Shown: positions 12,137-23,189 of the stretch, piece after piece
How positions within the stretch are numbered: position 1 is the stretch's first letter
Layout of the letters: each line of letters begins with the position of its first letter
Assembly: GCF_000143415.4 (NCBI RefSeq)
Contig: NW_003314261.1
Span: forward strand, 1,750,117-1,814,116
DNA length: 64,000 nucleotides
Direction: 5' to 3'
Source: Selaginella moellendorffii
Lineage: Eukaryota; Plantae; Lycopodiophyta
Notes under the pieces: model-generated
What the model saw: the letters and a program-made list of their open reading frames with translations, nothing else
Databases searched by the model: none
What the model was told of the DNA's origin: nothing
Translations under genes and position numbers: made by a program

Positions 12137-13412
12137 CATGTGGCAAATGCTGCGTGAAGAAAGATGCCCTTTCTGGGCAAATGCTGTAAGAGGCAGATGC
12201 CGAGTAGATGTATCTCAGGCTAGCGAAGGGGACAAACGAAAGCTAGCTATAAACATGACGGGATGCAAATAGATTACTAGGCTGGTCCTGCAAAAATCAA
12301 AAACACTAATTGAAAACATTGAAAATGCAAAAAGAAAGGTTTATAATATTTTTGAATTTTAAGCAACCAAGTAGGGCATGTGTTTGTAAGTTTAAAAATG
12401 CCTCAACCACTTAAATTCCCAAGTAAATAAAGCTGTTTCTATTTTTGGTACAGGTAAACTTTATAGCGTGCGGACTCATGCAATTTTGAACCCAAAAATG
12501 CACCAAAAAATGCTCGACTAGCATTATTCTTTGAATGGCGTGTGGCCTTATATTGCCATAAATGGACGTACACACACAGCATAATTATTCCTTTACACGG
12601 CAAATAATCTTGGCGCGGATCGCTGACATGGCATGGCAAAGTTCGAATCACTGACATAGCACAGCTGGATCGAGGCAAGGACATGATGTGACAAAGTTCA
12701 ACCTCCGACAGCAAAGTCTAGAAGCTACTCAGTTTGAAATTTGTCAAAGGAATCATAAGATCTGGTTTGTCAGAGGATTTGATGTGACGTTCAAGCGTGT
12801 GTTATTTTTGAATTCTCGAACTCATTCCTAGGTCTATCATTTTTGTGCGCCGTGTTCTTGGTTCCGCTGAGCGCAGTGAGCGCTGCTTGTGTAAGCGGCG
12901 TTGTGAGCTGTGGTTTATGCGTCTACAAGCGGTTGCGGCATTGCGAGCGCCATTGCGAGCGGCAGTTTATGCGAGTGGCAGTTTGTGCGAGCGGCGCTAC
13001 GAGCAGTTGCGGTGTTACGAGCGGCGTTACGAGTAGTTGCGGTGTTGCGAGCGGCACTGTCTTTGGTGTGGCTACCGCTTCCTCTTGATATTCGGCACTT
13101 GTGCTTCCTGGTATGTTCACCATGGAATGGTTTAGGACCACATTTAGAAATGGCATGAGGCCACATGCCATCTTGGGCCCTTGCAATTTCATGGCTAGCG
13201 TATTGTCATGTATGTTTTTACTTGCCTGCAGCTGTGTGTATATCAAGATGGCATGAGGCCTCATGCCAATTTTGTGAATGCGAAATTTCACGTGGGTGTC
13301 AATAGCATGTTTGAATAATGGCATGTGGCCTCATGCTATTTGGTATGTTATGATTTAGGCCATTCTTCAATCATTTTTTGTATGGTCTTAACTTCTTTTC
13401 TGCACTTTCAGA

Positions 13413-16400
13413 ATGGCCTTCAGGGCTGGGGAAAAGGTTTACATTTTGAATGGTGGGAAGAGAGTTGCAAAAGGGACCCTTGTGTCTATGGATCAGAACT
13501 TTGTTATACACTGTCAAAGGCTTGGGGAAGGCAATGCTACTGTATCAATAGAGACTGTCTTCGATGGGAATGTGGTCGCTATTGAACGAGGAGAGATGGT
13601 CGTCGGGGTAAATGTTGTTGTTGCCTTGAAAAATCTGCAGAAGAAAGCAGATGTTGGGGACAGTGCAAGTGCGACGCATGTTCCCTCCGTGGATCTTAAG
13701 AACCGTGCTACATGGATTCAGGCAAAGGTGTTTCTAAACAACCCTGAGGGGGAGGTGGTAGCTGAGGGCTTAGCCACAGTTGTCGATCCAAGAGATGTGG
13801 TTGCTAATCAAGAATTGGGCTGGGATGATATTGGAGTTTTTAGAGGCGATTTTAGAGGTTGTTGACACAGAAGAAAACAGTCTAACTATTGGAAGCATTG
13901 TGCGGTGGAAATTGAGGCATTTAGTGTTTGAGAATGTGAAGGATTCACAATCAAACACCACTACAACTGATGACAGAACATCTCTTCATGGGAAAAGAAA
14001 GTACACCTTCCTACAGCGCAGCCAAAGGGATCTAAGCAACGAACCGAAAAGGCAGAAAATAGTGATGGAGGTTCGAATGGTCTCGACAGTTGCTTGTTGC
14101 AAGAGGAGGTGCTGTCAACATGCTGATTGGGATGCTATTGAAGAGGAGAGAGCAAGATACAAGACATTGTCCTGGAAGGCAGCTCGCAATTTTGTGTATG
14201 AGGCATTATGGTCATCTGTTGATGCTTCAGAACATCAGGTGGGGGGCATGGTCTTCCAGAGGGGTTTGGTCTGCATGAAGGCATGGAGAATCATTTATGG
14301 AGTCCCTCGAAGCACATTCTACAGAATCAAAACTGAGTTCGAGGAACAAAGGGTTCAACAGGCAGTCCATGGGAACGACGGTACGCACAAAACCAGGGGT
14401 CATGTTGTATATGGACAGGCAATCTTCAAGAGGTTTGTCGAGACATGTAGCGAGCAGCAACCACATAAAACCCGCCTCTTGGAAGATGGAACATGAGACA
14501 CCCAACGAGTTCTCCCTTCCATGTATACCAAGGGGGCCATATTGGAAGATGTGAATCGGGAACTCCAGAGTAATGGCTACAGGAAGCTGAGCCAATCTAG
14601 ATTTAGTAGATTGTGGAGCAACAGGTTCAGGGATGTGAGTATAGGAAAGTACTCCAGCTTTTCAAAGTGTGACGAGTGCACTGCTATCAAAATGGCTTTG
14701 TCGAAGAATTCTTGCAGCGCTCAAGAGCGAGAGACATTGGTTAGAAGGCGGCTCGACCACAACATCGAGCAGAGAAGCTGCAGGACTGCATATTATCATA
14801 ACAGGATTCTCTCCATGGAGAGACCTGACTCTTACCTCTGCATCATCCACGACAAAATGGACCAGAAAAAGACGTGCTTACCTCGACTCAATCCTGTCCC
14901 CAAGGCAATCTCTTCATCCATGCAGCTGCTTGTGTCTCTGTTTGGCATAATCGCTCATGGGCATGGTGCCCAGAACTATGGGAACTTCTTTGTACCTCTA
15001 TGGGGTGGCGGGGGTGGAAACATGATGATTGCGTCCCTAGCAAAACACTTAAGGTCTCTGCAAAGTGCGCAGACTGAGCTGAACGGCCAACCCTTGCATA
15101 AGGCCCTTGTCAATCGAACCCCATACAGGGTTCAGCTGGAGGAGGAGAAAAGGCTTGCAGTATCGCGTGGGGCCCCATGCCATCCCAGTGAATATGTTGG
15201 CCGTCAGATTGTAGGGTTATCACATGAGGCCTCATGCCATTCCAACGAGGCTGGTCGCCCGGTGAATGCACAGCCTCATCCAAACGAAGCAGAATCTCAA
15301 GGAAGTTCTTGCGGCCGATGTGGCCTTCCACCCCATCTTCTGCTCCAAACAGACAATGCTGGCAGTGAGAACAAAAACATGTACGTCTTCGCGTACTTGG
15401 CGATGCTTGTTGCCAAAGGCATATTTGAAACGGTTACACTTGGCTTTCTCATGGTTGGGCACACTCATGAAGACGTCGATGCCATGTTCAGTCACCTGGC
15501 AGAGTCCCTCCGGTGATCCAATGTCCTCACCCTCCCACAACTCTACGATGAATTCCAAAATTGCATCAAAGGCACTGTTGAAACTGCACTTGTGACAGAG
15601 GTTCCAGACTTTAAGGAGTTTGTAAGAGGCTACATCAGGGACAGATCCGAAACGCTGATTGGCCACTCCAAGCCTCTTCAGTTTCATTTCAGCATGCGTG
15701 ACGGTGCTCCAGTGATGAGGTACAAGATGAGAGAATGGGACACAGTGTGGCTGCCAGTGGATGGCATTGAACTCTTCAAGAGAGATCCCATAACTGGGGA
15801 ACCTATGATTCCTCAGGGTTCCCCACGGCCAATGCACCCGGATGGACTCAAAGACCAGGAAAGTATAGTGGCCGGGATTAGACAGCATATTGCCTTCTGG
15901 AAGAGGGGGTTGGTGTTTGGTGGAGAATCCTATTTTAAGAGGTGCAAGCCTTTGCTCAAATACTGGGAGAAGATTATATCTGCTATCCAAAATGGGCCAG
16001 TTGTATATGAAGAATTGGAAGAGTCCTTTTGGCCAGAACCCAGAGCACCAGATAGTAGCGGAACAATGTCCTCTGGAAATGCAGTGACAGATAACGATGT
16101 TGAGGATCACTATTGTGGGCCGAGGAACAAGAAGCCGGATTCAGCATTCAATCCAGTACAGGTCTGCAAAGGAATGGTCGTGCTTGTCAGACCCAGTAAT
16201 AAAAAACAAATGATATGGGTGGGGCGCTGCATCACTGATGCAGAGGAGGACGCGGAAACTAACTCCTTCAATGTAACTGTGGAGTGGTTCAAGCCAAGTT
16301 CCGGATATACGAAGGATTGCTTAGAAAAGATATGGGTGCTGAATCCAAGGGATCCCAGTATGAGCATATCGGTGGATAATGTTGTGCATGGTTGGATGCG

Positions 16401-16488
16401 GAAGCAGAGTGCCACCATCACCTTGCCAGACCATGCAAGAGATGCAGCAAGAGCATTCATAACCCGGGTTCAAGGTGAGATTCATTAA
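13413..16488 (+). pseudogene. Sola-like DDD transposase (GHTHEDxD family) with tandem N-terminal En/Spm TNP1-like beta domains and a C-terminal SH3/Tudor-like region; disrupted
   Basis: Motifs CCKRRCC, FSKCDEC, HDKMDQKK, LLQTDNAGSENKN, FLMVGHTHEDVDAMFS. Lesions: 7-bp insertion at ~13840 and TGA at 14494 and 15514, all intact in copy 2. A probable extra 3' exon follows the GT donor at ~16474. Confidence 0.8.
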
Positions 16489-17153
16489 TATTCCTTTACT
16501 AAGTTTCTAATGTATTTTATTTCAAGGTGAACAATCCGAATCTGAATCAGAGGAGGCGTGATGGCATGTGGCCCTTTGCACTAGTATATCTTAATACCGG
16601 TCTAAGAAATAGAATGGCATGTGCCCTCAAGCCTTTTACTAAATCACCTTTGAAAGAAATGCAAGCCTCTATGTCGTAAAAAAAAGGTACTAGAGAAATT
16701 CCTTAATAATATGAATGTTATTTAGTTTCATGAAAATACACTAAGGGTCAAATGAGTTAAATGACTTCTCCAGACTAGCAATGCCTCTTGCTACACCTTC
16801 ACAATTAGATTCGTTAGAAAAAGATAACATTGAATAATATCTAAATGTTCTCACCATTAAGTTATATGTCTGGCTAATAGAAATGACGTTCATCTTGGAA
16901 AGCTCACCACACGCTCAATGAACAAACAAATAGTGTGTGCGCGCATGCCATCGCTCTTCTTTAGCTTCAGATTCGGCTTGTTCACCTTGACAATGAGATT
17001 TATTATACAACCAGATGGACTCAGTCTAGACACAAAGTCACCGCGCTAGTCACCATGCCCCAGATATGTCTAGCCCCTGGACATAAAACATATAATTTCA
17101 CGTCATTTTCAAATACTTGAAAATTTGTACCTAGTCCCATTTTACTGAATAAA

Positions 17154-17177
17154 TCCCACTTTAATGAAATAGAGCTT
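17154..17177 (-). repeat. Right TIR, copy 1
   Basis: TCCCACTTTAATGAAATAGAGCTT, the reverse complement of the left TIR with one mismatch. Confidence 0.95.
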
Positions 17178-17622
17178 AGTTGCACAAAATGTGCAAGGCA
17201 AGGTGTCAGAGACACCTAGGAAATTGACTCCAAAAAGTCAAGAGTAAATGTTCCAAAGTGCAAAGGTAGATCAATGGAATCTGTGACTACTCAAGAATGA
17301 GTGGTGGAATTGAGTTAGAGAGGGTGTCTCTAACGAGTTTAGCGAGAACTAAACCAATAAAAAGGAGCAAACCACCCTAGGTGGTCAAGTGAGTCTCTAA
17401 GTTGGAGAGACTATCCTCCTTAGAGGATGGGCAAGGCATGGTGAGCCTTTTGTGTCAAACCATTGACGAATATGGAGAAGGCATGGTGAGCCTTCAATGT
17501 CAAACCATTGACAAATATTGGCTAGGTGCCAAGGATGGAAATGGTAACACATGCGGGTGTTACTTTATAAAATGGTTTACCATTCGATGAGGACATCAAA
17601 CTTCGTCTATGGGTGGTGGAGT

Positions 17623-19360
17623 TGTGAGACACAAAATCCCTAGGCCCCAAAGTGGAGCCGGAAAGGGTGCTACGTGGTAGTGGCTGAAGCGAAAGCCCAA
17701 ACGAGTGTAACACGTTTGGACTAAAAGCTCTGACTTGGAAGGTCGAGAGCGGGAGTGGAACTCCCAACAAAGTGCTCAAAGAGCGAGCACGAAGCGAGCA
17801 ATAAGCAAGGCTCCAAAAAGGGACCCAAAAGGGACCAACACATGACACGTGGAAGTGTCCGAGATGGAGTCCGAGATGGACCCAAGTTGGAGTCCGAGAT
17901 GGACCCGAAGTGGAGTCCAAAGTGGAGTCCGAGATGGAGTCCAATATGGAGTCCGAGATGGACCCAAAGTGGAGTCCGAGGTGGACCGAGACGGAGTCCG
18001 AGATGGACCCGAGATGGAGTTCGAGATGGAGTCCAAGATGGACCCGAGATGGAGTCCGAGGTGGAGTCCGAGGTGGACCGAGACGGAGTCCGAGATGGAC
18101 TCGAGATGGAGTCCGAGATGGACCGAGACGGAGTCCGAGATGGAGTCCGAGATGGACCGAGATGGAGTCCGAGATGGAGTCCGAGAAGGACCCGAGATGG
18201 AGTCCGAGGTCGAGACCGAGACCGGGACCGAGACTGAGACCGGGACCAAGACTGGGACTGAGACCGAGACTGAGGCCAAGGCTGAGACCGAGCCCAAGCC
18301 CGAGTCCGAGTCCGAGTCCGAGTCCCAGTCCGAGTCCGAGTCCGAGTCCAAGTTCAAGTCTGAGAGGGTGAAAGCCCAAAGCGTTCGTCTCCCAGACCAT
18401 AGGGGGTTTGGTGAGCTCCAAAAGTATAGTAAGGGGGAGGACTGCAGTGGAGCCAGTTTGGCCAGGAAAGGCCAGTTTGGCCCAGGGAGGCCAGACCCAG
18501 TGTTGGGTGATGAACTGACCACTGGGAAGTCCAAGACTAGAGTGAATACGGACCGACAAGCAGGGTAGCTTGGTGAAGTGTTCAAGAGCCGGCTCTAGTT
18601 CCCCCGGGAGATCGACTGGCCGATGCTCCCAGTCCAAGTGTGGGTGGCACTACCTACTTGGATACCAGGCGTGGCTCAACGGAACCTCGCTCTAAGCCCA
18701 TGGCTAGAGCACCTAAAGGCGAAAGGCGGGGAGAGTACCCAAGTGGCTCGCGTAAGGCCACGGTGTTCCGAAATGTTGTCCCAAAGGCCTAGACTGTGGA
18801 AAGGAAGAGGAGCAGTCCTCTGGGGTAGTGACCAAGGACACAGTCGTGTGGTGAGGAAGTCCCAGAGGACCATGGGACTTAGTGGTCGGGCCTGTGGGCC
18901 TCGATCCAGTGGTAGTGTTGGCAAACACGGCCAGGGGCAAAAAGGGACTTGGTAGGAACTAACAAAGGGACTTTGGGGAAGGCGATTCCCCAGGTCTGTG
19001 GGCATCCTAAGGATGCTAAGGAGTGGATCTAGGATGACCACTTGTGGATAGATGGCCCAGTTTTGGAGAGACGGGATGGTGATGCAAGTGGTATTGGACC
19101 ACTAGTGCAGCAAAGGTGAATGGGCATGGCCTTAGCATAACGGACCGAGATGTCAGTGGTACCTTTGGGTGTCGGTCTTGGGACCGGACACGTGGAGCAC
19201 CTGGACCAGGTGCAAGTGTTGAGTGGCATGGATGCCATTCTTGGGGCTAGCAAGTCCCAAGTTCTGAATTGGACTGATGGAGGTTGTGAATGAGACTCCT
19301 CCAAGTGGTCGGAGGTGTGGTTAAGTGACTAAAGTAGAATGGAAAATTTAGTCTCTTACA
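17623..19360 (+). repeat. 3' LTR of element A (~1.74 kb) with an internal ~500-bp GAGTCCGAGATG-type minisatellite
   Basis: Starts TGTGAGAC after the GGGTGGTGGAGT tract and ends GTCTCTTACA; repeats 1-1152. Confidence 0.85.
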
Positions 19361-22300
19361 CATAACCATCATACTTTAGAACTATGATATTGACTTCTCA
19401 AGTCAATTTTTTTGATACCTCTGACATTTTGAATTGCACATGTTATGCAAACTTCACTTTTCCATCTTAGGAAGTCTTTCAATTGAGGGCATCATCATTT
19501 TCTCTTTTACTTCATACCACTCTAAACATTAAGTTTTATTTATCCATCATTTGTGCTAAGGTTGTCTATTGCCTTATTATTTGGTTATTTTGTTGCTTCA
19601 TTTCTTGGAGCTTTTGCCTCCACCACATTGAAGCATTTGGGAAATCCATCTTTATAAATATATTTCCTTTCTTACAATCTGTTAGCATCCACCATATAGA
19701 TGTTCTTTGCATAAATTGTCATTTGGATCCCTTCTAATGATTTCTAAAGCCCATTTTTGGCTATTAGTCTTTTGTTCTTATCCTTTGATTGTTACACCAC
19801 GCAACTTAAAATCATTATTTCCATCTTTGAGGTATTCTTTCGATTCTATAGCAAAGGTTTTGCTTTGCCAAGTCCATAAGGTGTTCACCCCTAGTAAGTC
19901 TCTTTAGCATTTTTTACAATAGGCTTTATCCATAGCTTAATTTTGTGACCCTCTCATAGGTCTTTATTAGATACTACTTTCTTGGACTCATTATACCATC
20001 ACATTATCACAGTTCATATATTTTATGTGTCCTTCCCACTTAGTCACCTTAACCAAATCATACCATACCATTTATTTAAATCACTAATTTAAACTAAGAA
20101 CATCATTCCTTAAACCACTAAAGAGCTTGTCCTTGACTATCAACCATAGATTCACCTAATGATCCCACATAGACAATTTAATAGGTTTACCAATACGTAT
20201 TAAATATGATTTTTAAGTTGTTGACCACAACCTTGGGGGCATCCCCACACTTGGTGGTGCACCCAAGCTAGCCCTTTTAACCAAGGGTCAATAGCAATTA
20301 AGATTGAATGTCCCTATTTCATTCACGTCTTTAGTACCATTTACGTAAAAGTGTTCAAGTTAGATATACTAAGCTTTCACATTAATTAATTTAATTGTGC
20401 ATCATAACTTTGGAGCATCCCCCGCTTGGCAGTGTGCCCAATCCAACCTCCTTACTAAAAATCCATGACTACCGAAAAATAAGTATCCTCATATTCCAAA
20501 CCATCACTTTGCTCTAGTGAGTTAGGACTCGAACTCAAGCACTAAAGGGTTGGGACTCAAACCTAACTTTTATATATGCATCTACAGATGGCATCACCCA
20601 AGATGTCTAGCGTGACTCCCCATGCTGGTGCACCAATTTATACCCAAAGTGCATTATGGATCACAGCTTAGAAATATAATTCCTCTAAGCATTCAAATCT
20701 TCTCACTTGACAAACTAATTATTCAGTTTGTGATCATGTATGGAATTTTCCATGCTTGGCCTCATGGGCCACCCTTTTTGAAGTCAACACTACTTAACAA
20801 GTCATTTTACCAACGTAGTATAGTTTTATACATATGCATAAAAATCCTGAAACATTGACTTTTGTTCAAAGCCATTTCTTTGAACACTCAAAAAATATTT
20901 CTCCAACCTTGATAGCTTTGCCTCATAACAAGCTTTTGTTGTGCCATTTTAATTTTAAATATTCTTATGAACCATTTACATTTGTCTTTCTAACTACTAA
21001 CCTACTTAAAATTATCTTTGGGTATATTAAAGACACTTTGTCACTTAGCTTACTAAGGTTTTTCTTTTTGCAAGCTTTTTAACTGCCATATAGTTTAACA
21101 TGGATAATTCCATACTTTAGACTTTTCATAGCATTTTAATTGCTAGTAACAACACATTCAAGCACGCACTTGATTCCTCACTCCTAACTTGCATAACCAC
21201 TTTTGGCTATGCCCTTTAATTTCTATGGTTTGGTTCTATCTTTTAATAGCTTGCTTTTGGCTTTTCACGTTCCTTTGAGTTATTTTCCTTTAGACCAGGA
21301 GGATAACTTTGCACTTTCTACCATGCTTTAGCAAATATTCTTAGAGGGATGAACCTATCTGATAGCATAAAGAGTGGTTCCTCAATTTGGATATACTCGC
21401 TTTGTAATCCCATACACCAAGATTAATATTGCTACTTATAGGCCTTTATATGTTTATCACTAACCTTGCCAAAATCTTTTTTGGCTTAGTCCAATTCAGA
21501 TAGATGAACTTCTCCAATCTCTAACTTTCCATAACTTTGGACATTTGATAACACCTTCTATCCATTATTTTCTAGGGACTTAGTCCCTCGAGCCTTATTT
21601 AATGCCCTTATGAGACTAAACACCATATTTTAGTGTTTTAAAGTGTTTAGGTATCTCAATGATAAGCTTTTTTAACAATGAGCATTTCATTTTATGATAT
21701 TGATTCATTATATCACAACATAAGTAATTTATCCTCCAAAAGATATATCTAACCTTTTTATCCCAATAAGAAGTGTTAGAAAGTTAAATTCCACTAATCC
21801 AATCAATTATATTACACCTTTTATTTATTTGCTTCATAGTTGTTAAGTCTTACAACTCATTGCTAGTGCTTCCATACCTTCATCATTATTTAGTTTAACG
21901 CACTCAAGTTACATGCATTCCAACTTAGGCTATGCTAATCCCATTTCCATTGGGATTCCTTTAGTAAGAGGCTCCCATAAACCCAATAACTTGACCTTAA
22001 GACATTATTTTTTGAGACATTTGGGGTCTCCACCCTATTAGTTTCACGAGCCTACCCTCAAGACACTTTCCACATATGTTTAGTTTTTGCCATGACTAAA
22101 GCAGTCGTTTTTTATACTAATTATTGGTCTTTGGTAAAGTTGCCTTCTTTTGTGAACACCTTTTCACGACTTTAATATGATGTGTTTTGCCATCAATGAA
22201 ATACCCACTGTTATTATATTTGAATATGATAATCCTCTTAGTCCTTCACCTCCATCCAAATAGGATTCCACCAGTCCTTTGGGACCATCCCTTGACTCTA

Positions 22301-22690
22301 CTAAATCATCCAACTTTTGGACTTTGTTAATCCGACATTCTATAAAGTCCTAGCCTCTTGGCTACTTTTGAGGTGTCACCACACTTGAATATGATTTTTT
22401 GTATTCACATCCTATTCACAAAGATTGTCTTTACAAATGTTACCTTGACACTTAATTATCCTTTATTCTACATGAGTTACTTTTGCCCCTTAAAACTATA
22501 TTTCTACATAATGAGAACACCAACTCATCCTTTAAATACACCCCCCAATTCCTTGGGTTGTTTCGACCTTTATTAAGGTAGCCCCAACTACCATTTCAAG
22601 GACATATATCCTCATTCATATTTGACCTCCTATGGTCATAAACTCTAGTATCAAATTCATGAGCACTACCCTCAATTATATAAAGATATT
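19361..22690 (-). mobile_element. Decayed, AT-enriched inverted copy of the element A internal region (older host of element A)
   Basis: Reverse complement aligns by eye to 1510-4810 and to 23700-25856 (e.g. GGGGGCATCCCCACACTTGGTGGTGCACCCAAGCTAGCCC versus 3990-4030). Confidence 0.75.
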
Positions 22691-22997
22691 ACAAGGCTAG
22701 GAGACAAGGATTATTTGCGGCCAGTGGCATATTGGATGATGCAACATTCCAAAAAATCCAAGTCTTGGTGTCCAATGTACTCCCATATATAGTACAAATA
22801 TATAAACAAGATCCCTTGGCCATATTGCATCGCAAACTAGTATTATCAATTGCTAAGGTACATGATGTTTGTGACCTCTCAAACATCGGACTATCTAAGT
22901 CAAGAGAAGTATGCATTTCAACAACTAAATTTAATGACAGCACTATGAGACTGAAGCACTCACAACGTGATGCAAACTTCCTACGGAACAGCTACAT

Positions 22998-23160
22998 TTG
23001 GGCCTATGCTTGGCTAAGGCAAAGCTAGAAAGGGAACTTAATGAATTACTGCTACGATATTGCCATGTCTTTAGCATAGGTAATAGGGACATTGGCAAGA
23101 TGGGCATTTTGCAACATAAAATACACATAATAGTAGATTATCCCATCCTCCAAAAGGATA
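22998..23160 (+). pseudogene. Short gypsy pol fragment (region preceding RT)
   Basis: ELNELLLRYCHVFS...DIGKMGILQHKI resembles the LLxxYxDVF..DLG....H.I linker of gypsy pol. Confidence 0.45.
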
Positions 23161-23189
23161 GTAAGGGGAGGACTCATGAGACAAAGGTG

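Larger units (their letters stand above)
4811..17177. mobile_element. Large TIR DNA transposon, copy 1 (12.4 kb; Sola-like transposase plus cargo gene)
   Basis: 24-bp TIRs at 4811-4834 and 17154-17177 (1 mismatch); 4-bp TSD AGTT at 4807-4810 and 17178-17181. The flanks rejoin into retroelement sequence that is continuous in the decayed copy at ~25741-25830. Confidence 0.95.
1..19360 (+). mobile_element. LTR retrotransposon A, apparently non-autonomous (LARD-like), interrupted by DNA transposon copy 1; 5' end lies outside the window
   Basis: 1-1152 is nearly identical to ~18209-19360 and both end ...GTCTCTTACA. A tRNA-Met-type PBS follows the 5' LTR, and a GGGTGGTGGAGT tract precedes the 3' LTR. 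No gag/pol motifs recognised in the ~4.1 kb internal region. Confidence 0.85.

Noticed and set aside
15232-16110. 292-aa minus-strand ORF conserved in both transposon copies (also 46870-47748)
   Set aside because: Antisense shadow of the transposase; conservation is explained by recent duplication.
5197-16635. Palindromic repeats as a CRISPR array
   Set aside because: Spacing is irregular (tens of bp to kb), copies are in introns, no cas genes, eukaryotic context.
4811-17177. Classification as CACTA, MULE, Helitron or Polinton
   Set aside because: Termini are not CACTA; TSD is 4 bp; no Rep/helicase, polB or capsid motifs; catalytic motifs are Sola-like.
17522-18637. Long overlapping ORFs (371, 269, 239 aa) with LG/SD/ES repeats
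   Set aside because: Artefacts of the stop-free hexamer minisatellite inside the LTR; no domain motifs.
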